NCBI GenBank assembly: GCA_964586255.1
Contig: CAZPGE010000001.1
Span: 133,907 to 197,906 of the forward strand
Origin: an uncultured Candidatus Saccharibacteria bacterium
GTDB taxonomy: Bacteria; Patescibacteriota; Minisyncoccia; Phycocordibacterales; UBA2100
Length of the DNA: 64,000 nucleotides
Reading direction: 5' to 3'
Part shown: one piece after another, positions 36,978 through 45,096 of the stretch
Layout of the letters: the number at the start of each line of letters is the position of its first letter
How positions within the stretch are numbered: position 1 is the stretch's first letter
The notes under the pieces: model-generated
What the model was told of the DNA's origin: nothing
Databases searched by the model: none
Seen by the model: only the letters and a program-made list of their open reading frames with translations
Position numbers and translations under genes: made by a program

Positions 36978-37322
36978 TTACCAGCTCCTTCCGCCGCCGC
37001 CAGTGTTTCCACCGCGACCGCCTCCAGAGTAGCCACCACGATCACCACCGCGGAAATTGTTCTTTGGGCGCTCTTCCATCGGCCTCGCTTCGTTGACCGT
37101 GAGAGTGCGACCGCCGAAATCCTTTCCGTTCCAGAGATCGATTCCCTTCTGAGCGTCTTCGTCTGAAGTCATCTCCACGAAACCGAAGCCCTTCGAGCGA
37201 CCCGTCATACGATCCATGATGATCGATGCGGACTCTACAGCACCAGCCTGTGAAAATGCCTCGCGAAGTTCGTCTTCCGTCGTTGAGTACGGGAGACCGC
37301 CCACATATAGCTTCTTAGCCAT
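36978..37322 (-). CDS. RRM-type glycine-rich RNA-binding protein
   Basis: From MAKKLYVGGLPYSTTEDELREAF (RNP2), KGFGFVEM (RNP1), C-terminal RGG/GGY-rich tail. Confidence 0.88.
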   Translation of the reverse strand: MAKKLYVGGLPYSTTEDELREAFSQAGAVESASIIMDRMTGRSKGFGFVEMTSDEDAQKGIDLWNGKDFGGRTLTVNEARPMEERPKNNFRGGDRGGYSGGGRGGNTGGGGRSW

Positions 37323-37454
37323 GTCTCTTTGCGTTGCTTCCTTTAAAAAAATGTAAACCAACCTTTTCCTTATGGGAAAAACTTACATTCGCCGCAACTA
37401 TAGCCCACGCACCTCTTTTCGCAAGCATTTTTCAACACCCCCACCGCGCGGGCT

Positions 37455-38009
37455 CTATAGAGCCGTATTATCCGGCTCATGCCGCATAAGCGTGCTCAAT
37501 TTCTCGATACCACGATGAATTCTCACCGAAATGACATTCTCCGAGACGCCGAGCACATCCGCGATTTCGCGCGGCGACATCTCTTCGAGATACCGCATCG
37601 TAATAGCCGTCTTGTATATCTCATCGAGGGAATTCAGGTGTGAGAGCGCTTCTTTGAGCGCCGGTGTGTCTTTCGGCTCGCCGATGCTCTCATCTTTAGG
37701 CTCGAAGCCATCGTCGTCCATCATCGCGTCGAGCGACGCTGATTTCTTTTTGCGCGAGCCGTCGACTATCAGATTGTTGGCGACGCGATACAAAAACGCG
37801 CGCATGTATTCAATCTTCTTGCCCTCAGACAGGTACACCCATGTCTTTGAAAACGCCTCCTGCACCACATCCTTTGCTACCTCTCTATCGCGAACTCGTA
37901 TGAGGCAATGCCGAAAAAGCGCATCAGAATGCTCTTCATACGAGGCAAGAAAGGACGCTTCCAGCTCCTTAGCCCACGCCGCCTGCCGTGCTGATACTTT
38001 ACGCGCCAT
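37455..38009 (-). CDS. ECF-type RNA polymerase sigma-70 family factor
   Basis: 184 aa; region 2 (...FSKTWVYL...) and region 4 (MSPREIADVLGVSENVISVRIHRGIEKL). Confidence 0.88.
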   Translation of the reverse strand: MARKVSARQAAWAKELEASFLASYEEHSDALFRHCLIRVRDREVAKDVVQEAFSKTWVYLSEGKKIEYMRAFLYRVANNLIVDGSRKKKSASLDAMMDDDGFEPKDESIGEPKDTPALKEALSHLNSLDEIYKTAITMRYLEEMSPREIADVLGVSENVISVRIHRGIEKLSTLMRHEPDNTAL

Positions 38010-38138
38010 TGAAGTATCAAGATATCATGACTCAGCCAGCTTGTGGGTCGGCAGTATTTTGACTCCTGCCATGGACGCATTTCCAAAATCGCAGACTCGT
38101 TTGAGTCCAGGATTACCAAGTAATTCTGCTATACTCGC

Positions 38139-38924
38139 GTGATGGACGACTATTTGAAACTTGCTCAAGAAATCGCTGATGAAGCGGCAATCATTGCCCT
38201 TAAGCATTTCAGTTTTGAAACTGAGCACGTCTGGAAAAGTGACGACACACCACTCACTGCTGCTGATACAGCAATCAACAAACTTGTTATAGAGAAGATA
38301 AACGCCAAGTATCCCGACCACAGCATCTATGGCGAAGAAGCGAGTGATCATAAAAATGGCTCGCGTTATACGTGGGTATGCGATCCCATTGACGGCACAA
38401 TGCCATTCTCTCTCGGACTTCCTATATTCACTTTTTCCCTCGCGCTCGTGGACCAAGCGAGCGGTCAGCCGATTCTTGGAATAGTGAACGATCCCGTGAT
38501 GAAGAATAGATATTGGGCCACTGAGGGAGGGGGTGCATTTCGTAACGGCACGCCGATACAGGTGAGCAAAGAAACGAGTCTTAAAAATACATATATCAGT
38601 ACCGATGGCTCCTTAGATTTTGGCATCGGTATTGATAGTTTTGAGACCATGCGGACCCTGAAGACGCGCGGGGCACGAACGTTTAAACTCCTTTCCATCG
38701 TGTATGGAGGTATCCAGGTGGCAAATGGCAAATTCGTTGCCGCACTGTTCTATGGTAGCCATGGTCACGATGTGGCAGCCCTCAAGATCATCATCGAGGA
38801 AGCGGGTGGCAGAGCAACCGATCTCACGGGTAAATCACGTCGCTATGATGAAGAGGGCATCGGTTTTGTAGCGTCCAACACTTTACTGCACGAGGAGATT
38901 CTGGGATTGATCGCGAAGGCGTAG
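38139..38924 (+). CDS. Inositol monophosphatase family protein (IMPase/SuhB-like)
   Basis: 261 aa; WVCDPIDGT metal-binding motif. Confidence 0.85.
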   Translation: MMDDYLKLAQEIADEAAIIALKHFSFETEHVWKSDDTPLTAADTAINKLVIEKINAKYPDHSIYGEEASDHKNGSRYTWVCDPIDGTMPFSLGLPIFTFSLALVDQASGQPILGIVNDPVMKNRYWATEGGGAFRNGTPIQVSKETSLKNTYISTDGSLDFGIGIDSFETMRTLKTRGARTFKLLSIVYGGIQVANGKFVAALFYGSHGHDVAALKIIIEEAGGRATDLTGKSRRYDEEGIGFVASNTLLHEEILGLIAKA

Positions 38925-38938
38925 AAGGACGTGCTTTT

Positions 38939-39802
38939 TCAAACGGCGGCGCGGCCATTCTCCAAGTATGTCATTTCTCGTCTTAAGAGTTCTATCATTT
39001 TCGGATTGCATACATGTTCTATGGCTACAAGGTCCAACTTGCCGGGTGGAATTGTGCCTTCCCTTCTTACTCTATCCATATATAAAGTCTGGCAAATTCG
39101 TGCAAGCCCGCCAGGGGAAAACGTAAGGCCCTCTGTTTCGACTTTATCCGCTGCCTCTGCAAGATCTCTAAATATCTGGTAGGGTTGCCCATGGGTAAAA
39201 ACCACTGGCCGCACTTTGTCTCCAAACCTTTGCATATTATCCGATAACTTCACCACTTGCGCGTATAAACGCAGGAGAATGTCGCGATAGGACTCACCGC
39301 GTTCGGAAAAATAGTTATTTAACTCGGGATACTTGAACGTACCATCTTCCTGTCGTAATGGGTCGCCAAAATGGTAGTCGAGGTTGTCTTTGGAAGGATC
39401 TCTTTCATTGAAAGTCTCCGCGCTAAATATTTTCCACGCAATTTTTAAACCTTCGAAACTATCACCTGCCTTGTAACCAGGCGGCAGTATAAAGGCACCT
39501 TGATCAATTTCGCGTAAGTTTGGATCAGTTTCTAATATAATATGCAGTTTAATTGGTTTGTCCCTTAGGCTATGTTCTACCATCTGCGCAGTTTCGATTG
39601 TCCTTGTCTTTGTTGATGCACAAAATACAAGCGTGTTAAAGCCGCCTTCGACGGCGTGCCGATACACTTCATCTGCCATGTTAGCCGCAAGATGTTCTTG
39701 TCCTGCAACAAGTCCCGCATCACGCCCCTCTCTCTCGAGATCATCACGATCATGCAGATGCTTAGCTACATGTATGCGCATTTTCTCGTTCATGATATCC
39801 AT
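38939..39802 (-). CDS. Hypothetical protein (possible histidine-phosphatase-like fold, low confidence)
   Basis: 287-aa ORF; no confidently recognised motif. Confidence 0.4.
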   Translation of the reverse strand: MDIMNEKMRIHVAKHLHDRDDLEREGRDAGLVAGQEHLAANMADEVYRHAVEGGFNTLVFCASTKTRTIETAQMVEHSLRDKPIKLHIILETDPNLREIDQGAFILPPGYKAGDSFEGLKIAWKIFSAETFNERDPSKDNLDYHFGDPLRQEDGTFKYPELNNYFSERGESYRDILLRLYAQVVKLSDNMQRFGDKVRPVVFTHGQPYQIFRDLAEAADKVETEGLTFSPGGLARICQTLYMDRVRREGTIPPGKLDLVAIEHVCNPKMIELLRREMTYLENGRAAV

Positions 39803-40020
39803 CGAATTGAATCGATTTATGCCATGTTAGCACAAGGAGCATAACGGACCACAGTCGTCATTCCTCTTTCATTTGACAAACTAGGACATTTCAGTACAGT
39901 CGAGCCAGTCCAGGAATGCGTTATATCGCTTCCAATCCCAACGTAACCGGGACGGGGAGGAATATTCGCAACCATGCATATCGTTCTCAAGCTCGCTCAG
40001 ATAGCGAAGAAAGGTACACG

Positions 40021-40761
40021 ATGGCTAAAAAGGCTATTGTTATGGCAGGGGGCCACGGCACACGTCTGGGCCTTCTCACAAAGCACGGTATCACCAAAAT
40101 CATGCTGCCGGTGTACGACCGGCCCATGATTGTCTATCCAATCGAAACTCTCGTGAGAGGCGGCATAACTGACATTCGCGTAGCACTCAACGGAAGAAAT
40201 CCTCAGCTCGTGATGGATTTCCTGCAAGACGGTGCTCATCTCGGATGTCGGATTAGCTACACCTACCACGCGGAGGTGTTCGCAGGACCGGTCCGGCATT
40301 TCATGTCGTCCGAAGATTGGGTAGGCAACGATGACGTCGTCGTCATGCTGGGAGATTCGTACTTTCGATTTCTCCTCGACTTTGCGAAAGTGAAAGCTCC
40401 GCACATCTGGACGATGCCGCTTGAGAACATGGACGATCCACGAAAATACGGCCAGGTGAAAGTATCTGGCGATCGCGTGTCGAAACTCGTGGAGAAGCCG
40501 AAGAAGGTATTCAGCGGCATTGTGGCAACTGGATGCTGGGTTTTCCCAAGCGATGTATTCGCGAGGGCGCGTAAGCTCCTCGGAAAGGAGGGAGAACTGC
40601 AGTTCGCTGATCTTTCCATGGAATACGTTCGCGCTGGCGCAATGACGCACACTCCAATGCCTGCGGGCTCCTATCTCGACCTGGGTACGCCTACGGCCCT
40701 GTTTACGGCGTCACAGGTTGTCGCTCACGAGCGTCAACTTGAAATGCTCGTGAAGAGATAG
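40021..40761 (+). CDS. Sugar-phosphate nucleotidyltransferase (glucose-1-phosphate thymidylyl/uridylyltransferase-like)
   Basis: From MAKKAIVMAGGHGTRLGLLTK... (GxGTRL nucleotidyltransferase signature). Confidence 0.8.
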   Translation: MAKKAIVMAGGHGTRLGLLTKHGITKIMLPVYDRPMIVYPIETLVRGGITDIRVALNGRNPQLVMDFLQDGAHLGCRISYTYHAEVFAGPVRHFMSSEDWVGNDDVVVMLGDSYFRFLLDFAKVKAPHIWTMPLENMDDPRKYGQVKVSGDRVSKLVEKPKKVFSGIVATGCWVFPSDVFARARKLLGKEGELQFADLSMEYVRAGAMTHTPMPAGSYLDLGTPTALFTASQVVAHERQLEMLVKR

Positions 40762-40787
40762 ACGCATGTGGTCGCGTTCACCCAATA

Positions 40788-40819
40788 CAAGGCGTCGATC
40801 CCGTGTGATCGACGCCTTG
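40788..40819 (+). terminator. Intrinsic terminator-like hairpin (13-bp stem CAAGGCGTCGATC/GATCGACGCCTTG) after the nucleotidyltransferase gene
   Basis: Perfect 13-bp inverted repeat with a 6-nt loop. Confidence 0.45.
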
Positions 40820-40848
40820 TTCCTTAACTCGATGTAATTAGTATTGCT

Positions 40849-40884
40849 GCGCCCCTGCCCGAGGGGCGCGTCGTTTTCGTATTT
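40849..40884 (+). terminator. Second hairpin plus T-rich tract (GCGCCCCTGCCCGAGGGGCGC GTCGTTTTCGTATTT)
   Basis: GC-rich stem followed by a T-rich run; abuts the tRNA-Ala 3' end. Confidence 0.45.
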
Positions 40885-40885
40885 G

Positions 40886-40958
40886 TGGACCCTAGCGGAT
40901 TCGAACCGCTGACATCCACATTGCAAATGTGGCGCTCTACCAACTGAGCTAAGGGCCC
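40886..40958 (-). tRNA. tRNA-Ala (anticodon UGC); CCA not encoded
   Basis: Reverse complement GGGCCCTTAGCTCAGTTGGTAGAGCGCCACATTTGCAATGTGGATGTCAGCGGTTCGAATCCGCTAGGGTCCA: G3:U70 Ala identity pair, GTTCGAATC T-loop, anticodon loop TTTGCAA. Confidence 0.9.
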
Positions 40959-40984
40959 TCTGTACTAACACCCGGGATTATAGA

Positions 40985-41959
40985 CTAGGCTCGCTCCCTC
41001 GCCAAACGCATGGAATGCTCGAGGAACTCAAGGACCGATGAGCCGACGCTCTCAAGCATCGCCGGGAATGACGCGCTTGGATAGAGGCCGGGTATAGAAT
41101 TGACCTCGAGGAGATAGATTCCCTGCGGCGCCACGATAATGTCGGCGCGAGAAAAATGCGAAAGCCCGAGCGCTCGATGCGCGGAGCGGGCTACGTCGGC
41201 AAGAGATAGTTTTTGCGCATAAGAAAAGCGACTCGGTACTGAGTGGCGCAGCATGCCCTCTGCGTGATGCATGGAGAGAAGGTGCGAGGAATCTTTGTGG
41301 ACATGCGCTGGAGGTAGCGCATAGAGCTCTTCGTCGCGAAAGTTTTCTATGATACCGACAGATGCTTCTTCACCTCGTACAAATTCCTCGATGAGCGCCG
41401 TACCGTACGCGTCTATCGCATCGCCGATTATGTCGGGAAGCTGTGCGATGGTCGGCGAAAGCACGAGACCGTGGCTTCCCCCTTCGCCTGGCGGCTTCAC
41501 CATGTACGGCGGGCCGAATTGTGAGAATACGACCGCGGCCATCTCCGCCGTATTGAGCCCGTTGTCTATGCTAAAGGTAATCGCGCGCGGCATCTTCACG
41601 CCGGCTTTTTGGAGCACTTCCCTTGCGCGAATTTTGTTGAGGGAGAGTGCAGATTGAGAGGCTCGAGAGCCGGCATACGACACCCCCGCGCGCTCAAGGA
41701 TTCTTTGCACGGTACCATCTTCACCTACCCCGCCATGAAGCGCATTCAACACGACGTCTACTTGCGCGAGTGCACGCGCTGGCGTCGCTGGCTGGCCACG
41801 CAAATGCCACAATCCATTTTTATCTATGAGTATGTCGCGCACGTCGTAGCGGTCCTCAGGAAGCACCTTGAGCATCTCCGCACCCGTCTTGAGCGAGAGA
41901 GCATACTCATTTGAGGTGCCACCGCGGAGAACACCCACGATACTTCGCGTCATGCGCAA
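40985..41959 (-). CDS. ddl: D-alanine--D-alanine ligase
   Basis: 324 aa; ATP-grasp; VGVLRGGTSNEYALSL N-terminus is typical of Ddl. Confidence 0.9.
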   Translation of the reverse strand: MRMTRSIVGVLRGGTSNEYALSLKTGAEMLKVLPEDRYDVRDILIDKNGLWHLRGQPATPARALAQVDVVLNALHGGVGEDGTVQRILERAGVSYAGSRASQSALSLNKIRAREVLQKAGVKMPRAITFSIDNGLNTAEMAAVVFSQFGPPYMVKPPGEGGSHGLVLSPTIAQLPDIIGDAIDAYGTALIEEFVRGEEASVGIIENFRDEELYALPPAHVHKDSSHLLSMHHAEGMLRHSVPSRFSYAQKLSLADVARSAHRALGLSHFSRADIIVAPQGIYLLEVNSIPGLYPSASFPAMLESVGSSVLEFLEHSMRLARERA

Positions 41960-41971
41960 ATTATATCACCG

Positions 41972-42478
41972 TTATTTGTCGTAATCGATGATTGGTTTAC
42001 TCGCGGGTACGTCAAACGCGCTGAGATTCGGCTTCCACCACACTGCGCATTGCGCATTCACGAAAAGCGGCGGGAGCACTTCGCCGAGTGACTGAACACC
42101 CGACTGTCCACCTGCCCCTATCCGCAGGATAGCCTCCGAATCATCGCTCCATATATACATTTCGTCGTCGCGGATAATCCAATACTGGGACTTGCCGTCG
42201 GTAAGGCTCGTAAAGGCGAGTCTCGTCATGCCTTTATAGTGATACGAGGTCACACGAGATGCAGAATTGAAGTCAGAATGATCTTCCGTGCACTTCATCG
42301 ATGGTGCCGCCTTTAGTGCAGCTACTACATCACTCAGGCTTGATGCTTGAAACCCTTGCAGCGTTGTCTCCTTATAGTCTGTCACTGCACGCTCTTTCAG
42401 GTAAGCGTATCCGCCAAAGGCGAGCGCGACTGCTATGAGCACTGCGCATGCCTGGATGATTATTCTCGCGAGACGCAT
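41972..42478 (-). CDS. Hypothetical secreted/membrane-anchored protein
   Basis: Start at MRLARIIIQACAVLIAVALAFGGYAYL (signal anchor), which avoids overlap with the uvrC stop. Confidence 0.45.
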   Translation of the reverse strand: MRLARIIIQACAVLIAVALAFGGYAYLKERAVTDYKETTLQGFQASSLSDVVAALKAAPSMKCTEDHSDFNSASRVTSYHYKGMTRLAFTSLTDGKSQYWIIRDDEMYIWSDDSEAILRIGAGGQSGVQSLGEVLPPLFVNAQCAVWWKPNLSAFDVPASKPIIDYDK

Positions 42479-42482
42479 ATGC

Positions 42483-43736
42483 TCAGTATATCTTGCCGCG
42501 ACGCTTTCTATGCCAACCAATAGCGAATCTGTGAGCTTCGCTGTTGGCGAGCAAGATATCCTTTTCAAACGCATCTATTGACCGTTTGTCCCCCACAAGC
42601 TTCACCGGTTTGTGACGCTCATCTTTCACGACTCCGACAACCGGTATACGTACGCCGGCCTTTTTGAGCACGCGCTCGGCCGCTCGCTGCTGCGCCACGC
42701 CACCATCGACCGCAAATACGCGAGGGAGCGGCCATTCTGGGTGCGCAAGGCGACGGTCGAGCGCCTCGGTGAGTGCAGCAACGTCATTGTTTTCAACACT
42801 TTGTATTTTAAATTTACGATAGGCCGCCTTAAAGACCTCACCGCTACTCACGACTGTCATCACCGCGACGGTCTCCTTCCCCGAGGTGTGTGCGACGTCG
42901 AAGGCCTCGATACGCGCACCGCCGCCCGCAGACACTTTCTCCGCTTTGATAAGCGATACATCTTTGATGTGTTCGAGCGCCGAGCACTGCCGTCTGAGTA
43001 TCTGCGCGAGCTCAAATTTCTCCGCTTTCGCGGCAGCATGCATCTCCTTTGTAAGCTGCCGTTTCAGACCCTGAAAATTGCCGGAAAAAAGCTGTGCGAT
43101 ATGCTGGATTGTCTTTGCGTACTCGGTTCGCGACACCTCCCCTGTGCACACGCCGGGACAAAGTCCTATCTGCTTATTGAAACAGGGCTTACACACGTAT
43201 GGAAAACCGTCTTTTACATTCTTGGCCTGCCGCTGGTTCTCGCACGGCGTACATTTTGAATCTCGAAACGAAAATATCTTTCGCACAATCTTCAACGCCT
43301 CCTGGAGCGAGGCGCCTTCGGTAAACGGGCCAAACTGGTGCTTTATAGCCGACGCCTCCCAATTTTGGAAAAGTTCTCGCCCGCGCACGACCAGCACACG
43401 TGGGAAATTCTCCTTGGTGATGACAACATAGTTGAAGCTCTTGTTGTCTTTCGACATCGCATTGTACGGCGGCATATGCCGTTTGATGAGATTGGCCTCG
43501 AGAATAAGCGCTTCGAGCACTGAGTGCGCGATCTCGTGACTCACCCCACTCGCCTCCTGAACCATTTTCTCGATATGGAGCCCGCGTGTACTCGCAATAT
43601 CCGGCGAGAAGTAGCTTCTCACACGGTCGCGCAAAGATGTCGCCTTTCCTATGTAGAGGATTTTGCGGCCCTTTTTGAAGGTATAAACACCGGGCTCATC
43701 CGGCAAATCAAACTGTTTCAAGTCATCGCGCTGCAT
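42483..43736 (-). CDS. uvrC: Excinuclease ABC subunit C, short form (GIY-YIG, UvrC Cys region and RNase-H-like domain; no C-terminal HhH)
   Basis: 417 aa; GIY-YIG (PGVYTFK...ILYIGKA), C-terminal ...AFDVAHTSGKETVAVMTVV... endonuclease domain. Confidence 0.85.
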   Translation of the reverse strand: MQRDDLKQFDLPDEPGVYTFKKGRKILYIGKATSLRDRVRSYFSPDIASTRGLHIEKMVQEASGVSHEIAHSVLEALILEANLIKRHMPPYNAMSKDNKSFNYVVITKENFPRVLVVRGRELFQNWEASAIKHQFGPFTEGASLQEALKIVRKIFSFRDSKCTPCENQRQAKNVKDGFPYVCKPCFNKQIGLCPGVCTGEVSRTEYAKTIQHIAQLFSGNFQGLKRQLTKEMHAAAKAEKFELAQILRRQCSALEHIKDVSLIKAEKVSAGGGARIEAFDVAHTSGKETVAVMTVVSSGEVFKAAYRKFKIQSVENNDVAALTEALDRRLAHPEWPLPRVFAVDGGVAQQRAAERVLKKAGVRIPVVGVVKDERHKPVKLVGDKRSIDAFEKDILLANSEAHRFAIGWHRKRRGKIY

Positions 43737-43778
43737 CGTGCGAGTATACTAGAGCCCTCTTCCACCACCCACAAGTCT

Positions 43779-43876
43779 CTTGCCGGCATGTTTGAGGGGG
43801 TCTCTGCAGCACGTCGGTGCGAAGCGGAGGGAATTTTCACCAGAAAATTTCCGACCCCCGAGAATATGCCGGCAAG
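43779..43876 (+). promoter_or_regulatory. Structured leader element upstream of carA: long inverted repeat (CTTGCCGGCAT...GGGGGTC / GACCCCC...ATGCCGGCAAG) enclosing an inner palindrome GGAATTTTCACCAGAAAATTTCC
   Basis: Nested inverted repeats read directly from the sequence. Lies in the 300-nt uvrC/carA divergent intergenic region. Confidence 0.45.
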
Positions 43877-43975
43877 GGACGCCCCCACTATCCACAGCTA
43901 CGTTGCGTTTGACGCGTCGTAATCGAGGTCTATACTGCTGTTTTAATGACCTCCAAGAAGTGCCCGCAGATATAC

Positions 43976-44036
43976 AGCCCGCTTGGGGCTATTTTTTTGT
44001 CATTTTTTCATCCCGCCTCGAGCGGGGTTTTTTCTA
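43976..44036 (+). terminator. Two tandem intrinsic terminators (AGCCC-gcttg-GGGCT + T8; CCCGC-ctcga-GCGGG + T6) ending 1 nt before the carA ATG; candidate attenuator
   Basis: Hairpin plus U-tract pairs on the plus strand, with no upstream plus-strand gene. Confidence 0.5.
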
Positions 44037-44037
44037 T

Positions 44038-45096
44038 ATGCGCTTAATACTCGAAGACGGCACGGTGTTCGAGGGCACAGGCTTCGGCGCACCTACTTCA
44101 AGCGCAGGAGAGGTGGTCTTCTCAACCGGTATGACCGGCTATGTTGAGTCGCTGACCGACCCATCGTTCGCCGGGCAGATTCTTGTCTGCACCTATCCAC
44201 TTATAGGCAATTACGGGGTACCCGACGCATCGAAGTTTGAGTCAAGTCGCATGCACATTAAAGGCCTCATAGTTTCGGAGTATTCGAATACGTACTCCCA
44301 TGGAGAAGCCAAGGAATCACTCGATGCCTGGCTCAAGCGCTCGGGAGTACCCGCGATTCAAGGAATCGATACGCGCGCTCTTACCAAGAAGCTTCGTGAG
44401 CGCGGCGTTATGCTCGGCCAAATCGTAGACACAGAGCCCGGTGAATTCATCGACCCCAACAGAGAAAACCTCGTCGCGAGTGTCTCGCCAAAAGACGTCC
44501 GCACATACGGCAGTGGTCCGCTGCGCATACTCGCCGTCGACTGCGGCATGAAGGAAAACATCGTACGCGCTCTCACGAGACCGGAGACGACCGTCATACG
44601 AGTGCCCTGGAATTTTGATTTCGCGCGTGAGAGATACGACGCGATTGTGCTCTCCAACGGCCCGGGTGACCCTGAAATGTGCGACGCGACGGTGGTCAAC
44701 ATACGAAAAGCCATGAAGGAGCGGAAACCTATTTTGGGCGTGTGTTTGGGCAATCAGCTGCTCGCACTCGCCGCTGGCGCATCGACATACAAACTCAAAT
44801 ACGGACATCGTGGGCAAAATCAACCGTGCATAGACGCAGATAGCGGGCGCTGCTACATTACCTCGCAAAACCATGGTTTTGCCGTCGACGCATCCACGTT
44901 ACCGACAAGTTGGCGTGTCTGGTTTACCAACGCCAACGACGGCTCCGTCGAAGGTATTCGCCACACGTCGCATCCATGGCGCTCTGTACAGTTCCATCCC
45001 GAAGCCTCGCCCGGCCCTACCGATACCGCATGGATATTTGATGACTTTCTGAAAGAGCTCACCGTACACAGACGGATTCACGTAACTCATATATGA
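44038..45096 (+). CDS. carA: Carbamoyl-phosphate synthase small (glutamine amidotransferase) subunit
   Basis: From MRLILEDGTVFEGTGFGA...; GATase class I with catalytic Cys in LGVCLGNQLL and His/Glu near the C-terminus. Confidence 0.92.
   Translation: MRLILEDGTVFEGTGFGAPTSSAGEVVFSTGMTGYVESLTDPSFAGQILVCTYPLIGNYGVPDASKFESSRMHIKGLIVSEYSNTYSHGEAKESLDAWLKRSGVPAIQGIDTRALTKKLRERGVMLGQIVDTEPGEFIDPNRENLVASVSPKDVRTYGSGPLRILAVDCGMKENIVRALTRPETTVIRVPWNFDFARERYDAIVLSNGPGDPEMCDATVVNIRKAMKERKPILGVCLGNQLLALAAGASTYKLKYGHRGQNQPCIDADSGRCYITSQNHGFAVDASTLPTSWRVWFTNANDGSVEGIRHTSHPWRSVQFHPEASPGPTDTAWIFDDFLKELTVHRRIHVTHI

Noticed and set aside
36317-37096. 259-aa plus-strand ORF overlapping the anti-sigma-like and RRM genes
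   Set aside because: Antisense or overlapping to two better-supported minus-strand genes. Arg/Cys-rich, no motifs.
38939-39802. Histidine phosphatase (PGM-family) assignment for the 287-aa protein
   Set aside because: Only a weak S-x-x-R-x-x-x-TA resemblance. No RHG motif found. Left as hypothetical.
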